Notes: generated from the sequence alone by a model not told the origin. 64,000 bases of DNA from Octopus sinensis (GCF_006345805.1 NC_043002.1:96906001-96970000); one strand, 5' to 3'; shown: positions 38,078 to 51,750, counted from the first letter of the stretch. Numbers and translations: made by a program.

Positions 38078-39465
38078 GTTTCAATATCGTTAACTAGTCA
38101 ATTACTGAAATATGTAATCTTGACAGAAAAATACGAAAACTGTTGACAATGCATAGAATGCACCACCCTAAGGCAGATACAGAACGACTTTATGTGCCAA
38201 GAAAAGAGGAAGGCCGTGGACTTTTACAACTGGCAATAACAATGAAGATTGCTACAATTGGCCTAGACACCTACATGAAAAACTCTGAGGACTGGATGTT
38301 AAAACTTGTCTCAAAACATGAAAGCAAGAAAACATCATACTCAGTAACAAAACAGGCAAAGGAATATCTAAGTGATTTCCGAATACAACAAATTTCGGAA
38401 TTAGAGATAGACATACAAGAAACAGGCACAGAAAAAGCTAAGCGCATGAAAACCCGTGCTAAATCTGCGGCCTTAGATATTCTGAATGATAAATGGCAAG
38501 AAAAACCTCTCTATGGCAAATACCCAAAGAGAGTGAATAATGCAGATATCGACAAAGCCCTGACCCATCAATGGCTAATGGCCTCTGGCTTAAAATCTGA
38601 AACAGAGGGGTTTATCATAGCAGCTCAAGATCAATGCCTACCAACAAGAAACTACCAGGCCAACATATTAAAGATCAGAAGCAGTCCAACGTGTCGTGTA
38701 TGCAAGCAACAAAATGAAACCATTGACCATGTGGTCTCCAAGTGCAGTCTTCTAGCGCCTACAGAGTATCTCAACAGACACGATAGAGCTGCACAATATA
38801 TTCACTGGGTAATCTGCAAAAACCTGGATTTGCCCCACGAAAAAAACTGGTGGGAACACAAACCACCCCCAGTGCTTGAAAATGACCACATCTCACTCCT
38901 CTGGAACTTCACCATTCAAACTGACAGAAAGATAGATGCAAATAGGCCAGACATCATATTGAAAGTCTTCAAACAAAGAACATGCCTCCTCATTGATATG
39001 ACTGTCCCAATCGATATAAACGTATCTGTCAAGACCTACCAAAAAACTGAGCAAATATAAAGATCTTGAAATAGAAATCAGCAAAATGTGGAACCTGAAG
39101 ACTAAAACAATACCTGTTGTCATAGGTGCCCTGGGAATGATAGCAAAAGGGGCTGATAGCTACATAACTCTCATACCAGGAAACCCCAAAATGGCAGAAA
39201 TTCAAAAGATAGTGCTCATGGGAACTGCTCATATCCTACGCAAAATACTTTCTATGTAATCTCAAGGTTTAAAACAAACATAATTTTCGGTTTTTAAAAA
39301 CATTTTTTTTTAGACATTCATTAGTACAACACCAAAACTCCCCCCCCCCCAATATATGGCACACTAGGCATAACAACAAAATGAACTTCCAACCTGTTGT
39401 CTCTTGAGGTCTCAGGGTGAGACTTGGAGCCAACTTGTACAAATATAAAGCAAAAGTCAAACATA

Positions 39466-39466
<1 letters not shown>
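38077..39466 (+). mobile_element. R4/Dong-like LINE family A, 3' 1.4-kb fragment
   Basis: Closely similar to 35440-36843; ORF 38143-39060 with CRVCKQQNETIDHVVSKC and RPDII. Confidence 0.92.
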
Positions 39467-39500
<34 letters not shown>

Positions 39501-39528
39501 TAATAATAATAATAATAATAATAATAAA

Positions 39529-40082
39529 TGCCCTGATGCTGTACCAGGAAGTGGCTCTCATGGCTTCTGATCTTAACTGATTGGAAATGTTATCATGTAC
39601 ATTGTTTTGTCTTGGTATAAAAGATGGGCTACAGCAAATATTCTGCTCAATACCACAGATTTGCTTCTCAGTTGTTTGACTTTAACCAGTTGAGCATGTC
39701 CCTTAGTGGCTGACGATATGTGCATCTCTGATCACGAGCAGAAGTAGTGGGGAGCATCATAGCCATGTGTTGAGAGGGATTCTTTGGGGTTTGAATAATT
39801 CACCTCTGGAAACATGGGTGTTTCGTTCAACATCCTTAAACAACCCTTATTCAGGGACCTTTCGAGTGGGATGGGTTACTCGACCTGACGAAAATTCTAA
39901 CTGGGCCTCACCTGCAAGGTCATGTGCTGTTTATTTTGATATGAGATCACCATGTCGCGAACATATGGTTGTGATGCATGTGCCTAGTGTACACTTATCA
40001 GACGGGTAGTCATGATGAGTATACTGGGCTTCGTATATTTTACCCCAGTGTCACTTTGATGGCATGCACTGCTCTCTCACTC
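39529..40082 (+). mobile_element. element X, full length
   Basis: As 37431-37980. Confidence 0.85.
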
Positions 40083-40122
<40 letters not shown>

Positions 40123-40135
40123 TTTATAATAATAG

Positions 40136-41000
40136 CGATGGCAAGAAAAGCCCCATTCATGGCAAGTCCTGGACTAAACTAAATGCAAAAGAAATAGACA
40201 AGGAAAAATCCCAACAGTGGTTGAGAAGCTCAGGACTCAAAGCAGAGACAGAGGGATTTTTAATTGCAGCACAAAGCTTCCCCACCAGAAATTACCAAAA
40301 ACATGTAATGAAAAGAAATATAACAAGTAACTGCAGAATATGTGGAGATGGACAAGAAACAATAAATCATATTGTCTCTGGCTACCCAGTCCTGGCTAAG
40401 AAGGAATATATTCACAGACACGACAGAGTTGGGACCTACATACACTGGAAGCTATGCCAACATTATGGAATAACAACAGAAAAAAGATGGTATAGGTTCA
40501 CACCAGAAAAGGTCACAGAAAACGTGAAAGCAAACATACCCTGGGATATGCCAATACACACAGATAGAGAAATTAAGGCCAACAGACCAGATATAGTTGT
40601 CAGAGATCATGAAGAAAAAAAAATGCTTTCTAATTGATGTATCAATACCAGCAGATGACAACGTTTCTCTAAAAGAAATGGAGAAAACTTTCAAAATACA
40701 AAGACCGGGAAATAGAGGTAACTAGAATGTGGAATCTAAAAACAGAAACAATTCCTATCATAGTAGGTGCATTAGGCATGGTAAAAAAAATATTCAAACA
40801 AATACATAACAAAAACACCAGGACTTACAGACACATATAACATACAGAAAATTGCACTACTAGGCACTGCACACATCCTACGCAGAACACTTTCCATACA
40901 ATAACCATCAGAGCATCACAACATATCACAGCACATACCCAAGCACACAGACCTGCGCACGGTAGTGAAGTGAAAGCAGGTTATAAAAATAAAACTACTG
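40136..41000 (+). mobile_element. R4/Dong-like LINE family B, 3' fragment
   Basis: GLKAETEGFLIAAQ, CRICGDGQETINHIVSG, ANRPDIVV; distinct 3' UTR ending ACTACTG-(AAT)n. Confidence 0.9.
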
Positions 41001-41019
41001 AATAATAATAATAATAATA

Positions 41020-41058
<39 letters not shown>

Positions 41059-41082
41059 TAACAACAACAACAACAACAACAA

Positions 41083-41140
<58 letters not shown>

Positions 41141-41162
41141 TAATAATAATAATAATAACAGA

Positions 41163-41660
41163 TGTCCTGATGCAGTACCAGGCAGTGGCTATCATGACTT
41201 CTAATCTTAACTGATAGGAAGTGTTATCATGTACATTGTTTCGTATTGGTATAAAAGATGGCCTACACCAAATATTCTGCTCAATACTGCAGAGTTGTTT
41301 GTCAGTTGTTTGACCTTAACCAGTTAAGCATATCTCTTAGTGGCTGGCGATATGTATATCTCTAATCACGAGCAGAAGTATTGGGTGAGCATTATATCCA
41401 TGTGTCGAGAGGAATTCTTTGGGGTTTGAATAATTCGCCTTTTTCAGGGACCTTTTTAGCGGGATGGGCTACTCAACCTGAAGAAAATTCTAACTGAATC
41501 CCACCTGCAAGGTGGGATCCAGTTTATCTTGATATTAAATCACCATAGTTGTGATACATGTGCCTGGTGCATCCCTATCAGACGGGTAGCCATGATGGAT
41601 ATACTGGGTATCGTATATTTTACTCCTGTGTCACTTTGATGGCATGCACTTTTCTCTCAC
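41163..41660 (+). mobile_element. element X with internal deletions
   Basis: As 37431-37980. Confidence 0.85.
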
Positions 41661-41886
41661 ATAATTTTAGATAAAGAAAAGCGAAGTTGCGTACTTATCT
41701 GACTCCAGGATCGTACAGAAAAAGGAAGTAAACAAATACAATTCCTTCAATTTCAAATCAGAAATGGAAGTAAGCATTACTGACGAGTATTAATTTCTTA
41801 TACGAAATAAACATGCTAATCTAATGCATCTCGATTACGGTGGGGAGTTCTTGTCTGCTTTAACAGTTCAAATAAAGCGTGCGACA

Positions 41887-42700
41887 TTTTTGGCTAAGAT
41901 ATCTTTGACTTCTATATCTAGCAATGTTGATGCCCTTTAGGGCCTTGATGACTTTTAGTGACGGGGAATTATTTCTTTTTCTGTTTTAAATTTCTTCTAG
42001 CCATCTGTATTACTTTCTACATACATACATACACATATATATATAGACACAATAAAGACAAAAAATCAGTGGCAGTTGATATTTTTAGTAACTTCTATGC
42101 TGAAGTAGAGACATTTTCTTTGTCTATCTCCTTAACTTCTTGGAGATCTTAGGTATAATTATAGTAATGTGTCCATCTGTTCTAATTTAATTAAATTCTA
42201 TGTCTTTGTGCAGCTGAAGATTATTCCACATTTTAAATTGATGTAATGATTGCATTGTTCAATTAAATGGAGTTGCTTGAAACGATCGTACTTCATTACC
42301 CCTGGATATCCTTGTTGCTTATTTTGATTTTAACCACCCTACTTTGAAATTGTATGGATAATACTGTACTAAATTCTGGTGCCTCAACTTAAGTACCATA
42401 TTCATCTGAATCGAAATTTTTGCTATGTATATAAGTTCAACAAAATTTAGCTTTAAATGAATATGGCACTTAAGTTAGATGCACCAGAATTTTTATAAAT
42501 AGAAAATCTTTCTTGTCTCCTTTCAATTGATCATTCTTCCCAAACCTTCTAGCAGTTCAAAACAACTGAATATTCTAAATATCCTTCAGTCAGTTGATAA
42601 ACTCTACTATCTTGATGTTCTTAAAATTCAAATCGACATCCTTGTCTATATATCTACCTTCTCTATAATGTTATCAATTGATATGAAAATTATGTATTAA
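41887..42700 (-). mobile_element. degraded PLE-like sequence; 41887-42163 is duplicated at 46996-47275
   Basis: IIPKISKKLRR linker-like residues; direct comparison of the two copies. Confidence 0.45.
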
Positions 42701-42826
42701 TGGAAAACCTCTATTTATGGCTGATGATTACACAACATTTTAAAACTGTTGTAATACTTACAACATTTAATAAAATGATGTAGCGTAAAACGATCGTACC
42801 AAATTACCGAAGTTATTCTTGTTGCG

Positions 42827-42867
<41 letters not shown>

Positions 42868-43086
42868 AATCCAAACGGGAAACAAAAAAAACAACAACAA
42901 CAAGAACAATTACAGTATTATTATTAATAGTCGCTATATATATATATCAGTACATATATATGAAGTCAATATTTAAAATATCATAGAAGACAATAATAAT
43001 AAAATTGATATAAAATAAAATGATTGTCTAATAAATGGAAGAGAATTTGGTGGGTAGATAACGTAATTAAAACTAACTAGTACCCA

Positions 43087-43458
43087 TTCTTTTCGACTCT
43101 AGGCACAAGGCCCAAAATTTTGGAGGTGTTGGGGCCAGTCGATTAGGTCGACCCCAGTACGCAACTAGTCCATAATTTATCGACCCCGAAAGGATGAAAG
43201 GCAAAATCGACCTCGGCGGAATTTGAACTCAAAACGTAGCGGCAGACGAAATACCGCCAAGCATTTCGTCCAGCGCGCTAACGATTCTACTAGCTCGACG
43301 TCTTAACGCATAGCGTTAATAATGATAATGATAATAATAATCTGGAATGATAGTCTGGAATTTTGGGGGAGGGGACTAGTCGATTACATCTACCCCAGTG
43401 TTTCACTGGTACTTAATTTATCGACCCCGAAAGGATGAACGGTAATGTTGACTTCGGC
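43087..43458 (-). mobile_element. SINE family 2 full copy plus partial tandem copy
   Basis: 43087-43302 full; about 43355-43458 partial; AAT-rich spacer. Confidence 0.8.
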
Positions 43459-43487
43459 TGTAGAGCAACAACAACAACAATAATAAC

Positions 43488-43549
<62 letters not shown>

Positions 43550-43959
43550 CAACAACAACAACAAACTGAAATTAAATAAAAGTATTTAGAGGCAATATTT
43601 GCGTAATATTGGCATTGATATCAAGAGAAATATGAACAATTTAAAATTTTAAAAATTTAGGTATTTGAAGATATAAGTAAATATTATAAATAATTCAAAT
43701 AAAATATAGAAGACAATGAGAATGAAATTAATGTAAATTAGAATTGTACATATATTTACAGAGATATACAATTATACATTAGCATAGACATAGTCATATA
43801 TACATACATAATTAAAGACATGAATATACGTATATTTATATACACATATACATTTATTTATATATACGCATATATAGATGTTTTGATTTTTGCTTTCCTT
43901 AGTTCCCGGATATCAATATGTTTTGTTCTGTCTATTTTTGGCTGAGAATGTTCTTCAGT

Positions 43960-45200
43960 TCATCCAGTCTTTCTTCACATTTAGGTGTGTCTGATACTAT
44001 TGTACATATCCGCTTTGGTAGCTTAAAGATAAGGTTCGATTTTATGTGTTTTGGGTGACTTTATGTAAACAGAAGGTACTGCTTGGAATCCGTAGACTTA
44101 ATTGAGAATGTCCGTTTCTATTTTCCTAACCGTGTTTGTGACTGAAATGTCTAGAAAGGCAAGTTCCTTGGAGTTAAACTCCATTGTGAATTGGATGTTG
44201 TTGCCTGGATTGTCCAGCATATTTTTTAATTTTTGTCAGCGTATCAAGGTTATCCTACCATAAGATAAAACAATAATCAAGGTTCCTTTTCCGATTAATT
44301 TTTAAGTAGTGTATGATGAGTGCCCAGAAGAGATTGGTTTTAAATTGATTTTGTCCGTGGAATCCCATGACTATATTTGCATATGTGGGAACTACCTTCG
44401 TACCCAGTGCAGTTCATGATATTTGTCGGTATGCTGATCAAGGTGGAGTAGTTGTTCTGCAGTGTGAATTTGAGCCGATCAATGATAAAGTTTTTTTCAA
44501 TGCGTGCCAGTACTTCAGATTGGTATGTGTCTAACCATTATTGGATTGCAATTATTCCATTGTCATGAGGTATATTTGTGTATAAGTTAACAACGACAAA
44601 AGAAGCATAAACTGTGTGTTCACTTACCGTTTTGGGCAAATAATTCACGACGTCTGTGTCATGTCATATTTCGCTCAGTACATGTTTTAGTAAGGGTTTT
44701 ACGAGAATATTCAAGAAGTTGCTTAGTCTGTGAGTTTCACATGCAAGGCCTGCGATGATCAGTCTGAGCTTTAAATGGAGACGCTAAATGTATGTATATA
44801 TCTGTCGAGGATTTACAAACATCACTTATTAGTTTGTATTTGTGTACTTACGGTAGACAGTAAAATTGCTAGTTTTGCATTTAAAGTGGCGCATGTACTT
44901 GATTTCTTTGCTGGTTATGCCTTTGTGGTACTTCTTTAGAAAAGGTCGGAGATTGACCATTATTTTCGATTGCTTTTTCATAATAATTATGTCTTATAAC
45001 GTTGTGTTATACCTTTATTGTACTGTGTGTCCATGTGATTACTGTACTTAATTTATCGGCTTCTTTAATGGTTATTTCAATGTTTTCTTATAGGACCAAT
45101 ATGCTCTTCCAATCATGTTTTGTGAAGTTTGATTTGGTGTTTCTGTTTTCAATTTTCAAAGGGAAGATTCACAATATGCTCACACTGGGTGTCTAGTGCT
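43960..45200 (-). mobile_element. PLE reverse-transcriptase remnant
   Basis: Manual translation across frameshifts: NFTKHDWKSI..IKEADK, AGLACETHRLSNFLNILVKPL, SFVVVNLYTNIPHD, QFTMEFNSKELAFLDISV, STDSKQYLLFT. Confidence 0.8.
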
Positions 45201-47269
45201 ATGTTCTGTCACTTGTAGATTTTGCAGGAATGGATTTACCCACCTTTTCATCTCCCACCTCTACAAATTTTCGGTCTCTTTCATCCAACAACAGAGAATA
45301 AATAAATAAATGAAACAACTCCTCAGTAAATATGAACTACAACTGAGAATCAATCAATATATAAGGATCAATAGTTTACACACACCCACACATAAAGAAT
45401 TATACACTTCAATACATTTTTGACACAAAAATTATTCCTTACCCAAAACATATTCCTAAAACAAAAAGCACACACGATCACACAAAACAAAATGTTCCTA
45501 AAAAAAAAAACACACGCACACACAACAAAAATCGAACAAATACAAACACAACAGCAATTACTACTACTACTGCTACTATTTATTCTCAAAGAATTCAACC
45601 CGCACATACCACAAAACAAGCTTACATACAAATCAATATATTTTCAAAAACATAACACGTACACACACCACAAAATAAAACAAAGAAACAAGCACAGAAA
45701 CAAAAAAACAAACAACACACACTACAAAATCACACATACCAGAAAAATAAAAGCATACGGCAAAAAACAAACACACACACGTACCACAAAGCAGTTGAAA
45801 AATATGTCGTCCGAAACTCTTTCAAATCTATTATCGACCATCTTAGAAATCCTATTGAACAGAGTATACGCACACAGCCGACCCTATTCTCAGTAAAAAA
45901 GGAATTTGTTAACTGATAACTCAATAAAATTCTTGCACCACCACCACCCATCCCCGATGAAACCAATTTAACACAGTATATTCATGCAGATAACCTTTTC
46001 TGAATAAAAATGAAATTTAAAATGTTTGACACAAAAATATTTGCTTCCCCAAAACAGCATGCCCACAAGAAAACCTAAGACACGTGTACGCGCGCGCTGC
46101 CAGCTGGTCATATCCTGAATAAATACTCGCTATTCAATTCAGAAAAATTCTTTTCATTTCAAAAGGATTCCTGAAACTCGATCCTTTGAACTCCATTCCA
46201 GAGCCTTACATAGACAATAGCTACAAGATCAGATACTAAGATGAAATTTCACACATTTTCATAATTCTGCACAAAATATGAGAACACCCTATTTTTGATT
46301 TCTAATTATTTTTTATTCCCTAATCCCTGATTTTCAATTCTTAATAGTTGATAAGATGGACATAGTCATCGAAACCTGGTGATTTCTTATAAGCCACTCA
46401 ATGTAACAAATATATAAACAATCTGTCAACATACGCAAAGGTCGAACAGTGAGAATGAGTGCACAACATTGCATTGGTGGAAAAAATTTCTTTATTTCTA
46501 TATTAAGGTTAGCATTGGTTTCATGTTAAGAAAATTATCTTAATATCTTAACAATTTTTAAAGTTGATCACATGGAGGAATGGTGTTCGTCTCCATTTTT
46601 GATGAAAACACAAAGAATCTCGAAAATTCACAAAATGGCTCGTAAAAAGATAAACACGGAATCAAGGAGCGCATCTCTTGAATGACACATTTTGAACGAC
46701 TATTTCCGTTTGGTGTGACTTTTGGAGTGAAAACCATGTTGGATGGTGAATTTCCATGTTCGCATGTTTGTGCACCGAGGGAGTTCATCAAGGGTGGGGG
46801 GCTATATCATCTATGCATGGAGTTTGTATGTTGTATATATTCAATGGTTACATTCAGAGAAAGAAACTATCCTGGTGGGATTGGTGGAGTGGATGGTTGT
46901 TCCTCTTTGAAATGTTTGTGTATGCAAGGAAATAAGGTTTCATCCCTAATATTTAAGATGTTATCTGTTGATTTCGATTATATTTAGCTGCAGTATTTTG
47001 GCTAAGATATCTTTGACTTCTATATCTAGCAATGTTGATCCCCTTTAGGTCCTTAATGACTTTTAGTGACGGGGAATTATTTCTTTTTCTGTTTTAAATT
47101 TCTTCCAGCCATCTTTATTACTTTTTACTTTCTACATACATACACATATATATATAGACACCATAAAGACAAAAAAATCAGTGGCAGTTGATATTTTTAG
47201 TAACTTCTATGCTGAAGTAGAGACATTTTCTTTGTCTATCTCCTTAACTTCTTGGAGATCTTAGGTATA

Positions 47270-47690
47270 ATTATATTTAGCTGCAGTATTTTCTGGCTCC
47301 ATGTTATCTGGTGGCTGCATACTTCTTCTTTCAATGTCCATATAATATTGGGATAGAGATCTGACATGTTTTCTTTTTTTATTTTTGTCTCCGAATGACG
47401 CCAGGTGTCGTGTGTATCTTTTTTTAAATGAGTTGCCTGTTACCACTCAGTCTTTGTTACTTCGTTAGGATCCATGATTTTGAGCTTGTACATGAGTTCT
47501 TTTTTGAGACTGTTATTAGTTAGAGGACAGTAGTTTGGAGATCTACAGTTAGTGGTTTTTCGACGGGCAGACCTAGTGAATTTATTTTGGCTGAGTATCC
47601 ACCCTATATTGGGGAGGCAATTATAGCTAACTTCAACCGTGTTTTTATTGAAGATCTCATGATATTTGTGTGAATGTGGCAAGTGATTAT
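47270..47690 (-). mobile_element. PLE linker/GIY-YIG remnant
   Basis: HKYHEIFNKNTVEVSYNCLPNI..TNCRSPNYCPLTNNSL..MYK and FKKRYTRHLASF..LSQYY. Confidence 0.8.
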
Positions 47691-47951
47691 CTATTTATTT
47701 TAACAATTTCCTATGTTAATGTAGTAGCTGCATTCATGCGATAAGATGGTTTAGCCCATAAGATTTTCCTCTGTCTGTGCCATTTTTATACAAATATGCA
47801 TGCATATTATCAATTTATGCTAATGGAACGGAAATATCTTAAAATGTTACTCGAAAAGATTGAGTGATTAACTTGAAAAAACAATAGGCGCTCATATAAT
47901 TTACAAATGTTTAATTATTCGGTATTTATTTTATATCGAGTGGAAACTTAC

Positions 47952-48030
47952 CTTCACCGTAAGCTCCTATTAAAGTTGTTATTATTGTCAAAAACAATAA
48001 GCAAGAAGTAGATAGTTCTTTCGTATCCAT
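47952..48030 (-). CDS. first coding exon: signal peptide of the secreted Cys-rich protein (79 nt, ends phase 1)
   Basis: tttgtaatttcAG|ATG...GGTGAAG|GTAAGT. Encodes MDTKELSTSCLLFLTIITTLIGAYGE (hydrophobic core, A-x-G cleavage site). Phase matches exon 28703-28566. Confidence 0.8.
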
Positions 48031-48233
48031 CTGAAATTACAAATTTAATTGTAAATAATCGATCAGCAATGTTTTGGGCCATGAAGAATGTGTACCGGAT
48101 TTTTACAGAATTTTGAATTCCTCTTTTTTTAACACGTTTTTTGCAATTGTCTGATAATACAGAAATAGACTTGCCCAAATGCATCAATAAATTAACATTG
48201 ATTTTTTTTCACCGTTGTTACAATCATCTGAAA

Positions 48234-48510
48234 TGGAACTGTCAAAGAGTATATTCAACCAATGTTGCTTTTCAACTTTAAAAAGGACGTAAAGCGGCTG
48301 AAACTGCTCGCGACATCAACGAAACGTTTGGTGAAGAAATGACCAGTGAGTGGCCAGCTCGAAAATGGTTTAAGCGTTTTCGCAGTGAAGGCCCGAGCCT
48401 TGAAGATCGTGAGCGTAGCGGACGCCCATCTGTCATCGATGACGGTCAATTAAAGACTGTCATTGAGAATGATTCACGTAAAACCACCCGAGAACTGGCA
48501 TTTTGGTCCA
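48234..48510 (+). mobile_element. mariner transposase N-terminal (HTH) remnant
   Basis: GRKAAETARDINETFGEE...KWFKRFRSEGPSLEDRERSGRPSVIDD..LKTVIENDSRKTTRELA. Confidence 0.85.
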
Positions 48511-48879
48511 ACCATTGTGAAAAACGTTTTTTATAATTGTACAGAATCCGCTTTCCATCGCAAATTACTATACGGTTGACAAATAGATCGGTCTGGTTAC
48601 GGAGAAGAAGGACGATCAAATTTCATATCCGTGCATTTTCTGATTTTCATTCAAATCATGTGGTACTCATTTATCGAGCTTTTTTGCTTTCCGATCGCAT
48701 ACAAATAAACTTTGTAAAAGTCTGCCATTCACCCTCGCAGCCGTAACCTGGTTGGCAGCGTCATTTTGTACTATGTTGTACTTTGTGAGAAATCCTAAGT
48801 AATAATTTTTCTCTTTATTCACCTGAAGAAAACAATTTTTGGTGAATAACGTAACGCTCTTGCTCATCATAAATCCTGT

Positions 48880-49085
48880 CTACTATAGGCACAAGGTCTG
48901 AAATTTGGGGGTGGAGGATAATTGGTTACATTGACCCCCAGTGTTTTATTGGTATTTAATTAATCGACTCCGAAATGATGAAAGCCAAAGCCTACCTCTG
49001 GGGAATTTGAACTTACAACGTTGCGACGGGTGAATTACCGCTAAGCATTTCGTCCAGCGGGCTAACGATTCTGCCAGCTCGCCAC
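48880..49085 (-). mobile_element. SINE family 2
   Basis: Family match. Confidence 0.8.
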
Positions 49086-49559
49086 CTTCTTGTTCGTCAA
49101 TAATGAACACGTCCGAAACAGCAATAGTAAACTACAACCTATCTGTATTATTGTCCACACATAGCATATCAGGGACGTGCCGCTTGGGTAAGCAAGGTAT
49201 GCAGTGTGTATTCTGAATAAAATGGGTCGATAGTGATATTTTCCTTTCATGGCAAACTATGCACCGCATTCAATAAAATTATGAAGATTATTCTGATTAT
49301 AATACATAAAATACAATTTTTTTCGCTTTGTAGATTAGGTAGTCATTATTTTCCCCTGCCTATTAATCTCAGTATTAAAGCTCGCATAGAAATGGTGTAG
49401 TACACATGCTGCATATATTCCTACAACAACGTTTTCTTTACGCGCTACAAAGGTAAAAGTAAATCTGCAACAATTCAGTCGCACGCCTGTATTTCGCTTA
49501 TTTTTACTACATAGACGTCACCACTGCCTACCCTGAGTAATTACTGACGGCATGTACCT

Positions 49560-49693
<134 letters not shown>

Positions 49694-49714
49694 AATATAT
49701 ACATATATATACAT

Positions 49715-49748
<34 letters not shown>

Positions 49749-49861
49749 GTGTGTGTATGTATGTATGTATGTATGTATGTATGTAGTATGTATGTATGTA
49801 TACAGGTATGTATGTATGTATGTATGCATGTATGTATATATGTATTTATATATATATATAT

Positions 49862-50240
49862 AGGCGTAGGATTGGCTGTGTGGTAAGTAGCTTGCTTACA
49901 AACCACATGGATCCGGGTTCAGTTCCACAGCGTAGCACCTTGAGCAAGTGTCTTCTACTATAGCCTCGGGCCAACCAGAGCCTTGTGGAAACTGAAAGAA
50001 GCTCGTCGTATATATGTATATATGTGTGTGTGTTTGTGTGTCTGTGTTTGTTCCCCCAACATCGCTTGAGAACCGATGCTGGTGTGTTTACGTCCCCGTA
50101 ACTTAGCGGTTCGGTAAAAGAGACCGTTAGAATAAGGACAACGCTTACAAAGAATAAGTTCTGTGGTCGATTTGCTAGACTAAAGGCGGTGCTCCAGCAT
50201 GGCCACAGTCAAATGAGTGAAACAATTAAGAGTAAAAGAG
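49862..50240 (+). mobile_element. SINE family 1, full length
   Basis: tRNA-like head (GGCTGTGTGG..GGGTTCAGTTCC), core, (TG)n, and a tail homologous to the CR1-like LINE 3' end. Confidence 0.9.
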
Positions 50241-50395
50241 AATATATATGTATGTATGTATGTATATATATATGTATATATAATAGAAGAGTAAAATTTA
50301 CTAATCAAATTAATAAATCAATCAATCAACTAATTAACAATTTTACCAAGTAGATCGGTAAGTTAAAATAACCTTTATAGGTAAAGTTATTCACA

Positions 50396-50734
50396 TAATT
50401 ATAATTAGGGTTCAGCTAACTGCTTCACCAATACCGAAATTAGAAAAAGGAGTTAAGCATTCCTTTCCTACTACTATAAGAATCTCAATGACGATAAACA
50501 TACTTTTTTACGATGGCAAAGAGAAAAACAATGAATCAACATGACCAGGATTAATTATATACGCGTTTCGAGATTAAAGTGATTTATATTTTACTTACTT
50601 CTCTCTTCAGTATAATATTTCCAATTTATATAAAATTTGAAAGTGCTATGGCTGAATATTCACACAATCAAGCGAGATATACATACATATATATATATAT
50701 AAATATATATATATGTATATATATATACATATAC

Positions 50735-50767
<33 letters not shown>

Positions 50768-50787
50768 CATACACACACACACGCACA

Positions 50788-50829
<42 letters not shown>

Positions 50830-51117
50830 TATCCAACCAACACTTCCAAAATTTTCAGAGCCGAATGTGAATACAGTATTCAAACCCTATACCCACGTGT
50901 GTGCTGCGAGCAATACCGCAGAAAACTGCAGTATTCTATCATGGAGTAAATTATAACTTTAAATTTGTAATAGAAGGGAATTGTTTTTCTCTTTGCCTTC
51001 CTAAAAAAGTATGTTTACCGTCATGGAGATTCTTATAGTAGTAGAAAAGGAATTTTTAACTCCTTTTTCTAATTTCGGTATGTGGTGAAGCAGTTAGCTG
51101 AACCCTAATTATAATTA
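50396..51117. mobile_element. inverted pseudo-LTR pair (about 137-bp arms) enclosing a hammerhead
   Basis: 50396-50532 is inverted at 50980-51117. Confidence 0.8.
50554..50616 (-). ncRNA. type-I hammerhead ribozyme, canonical core
   Basis: ATTATA CTGAAGA GAGA[26 nt]TCTC GAAA CGCG TA TATAAT: 6-bp stem I, GAGA/TCTC stem II, palindromic CGCG stem III, GUA triplet. Confidence 0.85.
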
Positions 51118-51131
51118 CATGTATATATACA

Positions 51132-51204
<73 letters not shown>

Positions 51205-51237
51205 AATGTATGTTGTGTGTGTATGTTTTTATATATG

Positions 51238-51279
<42 letters not shown>

Positions 51280-51330
51280 GCTTGATGAAATTCTGCTAAG
51301 CATTTTGCCTGTGTACTAACCACTCTACCA

Positions 51331-51660
51331 GATGGCTCAGTGGTTAGAGCGTCGAGCTACGATCGTGAGGTTGTGAGCTCGAATTCCGGACGGGGCTGCG
51401 TGTTGTGTTCTTGAGCAAGGCACTTTATTTCACGTTGCTCCAGTTCACTCAGCTGTAGAAATGAGTTGCGACGTCACAGGTGCCAAGCTGTATCGGCCCT
51501 TGCCTTTCCCTTGGACAACATCGGTGACGTGGAGAGGGGAGGCCGGTAGGCATGGGCGACTGCTGGTCTTCCATAAAACAACCTTCCCAGACTTGTGCCT
51601 CAGAGGGTATCTCTTAGGTGCAAACCCATGGTCAGTGCCTGACCGAAGGGGGCTTTACCC
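51331..51660 (+). mobile_element. SINE family 5 (tRNA head, family-3-like core, different tail)
   Basis: GATGGCTCAGTGGTTAGAGCG..GAGCTCGAATTCC head; CTTGAGCAAGGCACTT core. Confidence 0.8.
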
Positions 51661-51667
51661 CTTTTAT

Positions 51668-51748
<81 letters not shown>

Positions 51749-51750
<2 letters not shown>

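Noticed and set aside
46081-46108. GC-rich CACGTGTACGCGCGCG followed by CTGG-T, a possible Helitron 3' end
   Set aside because: The hairpin is imperfect and no 5' TC end or homologous copy was identified.
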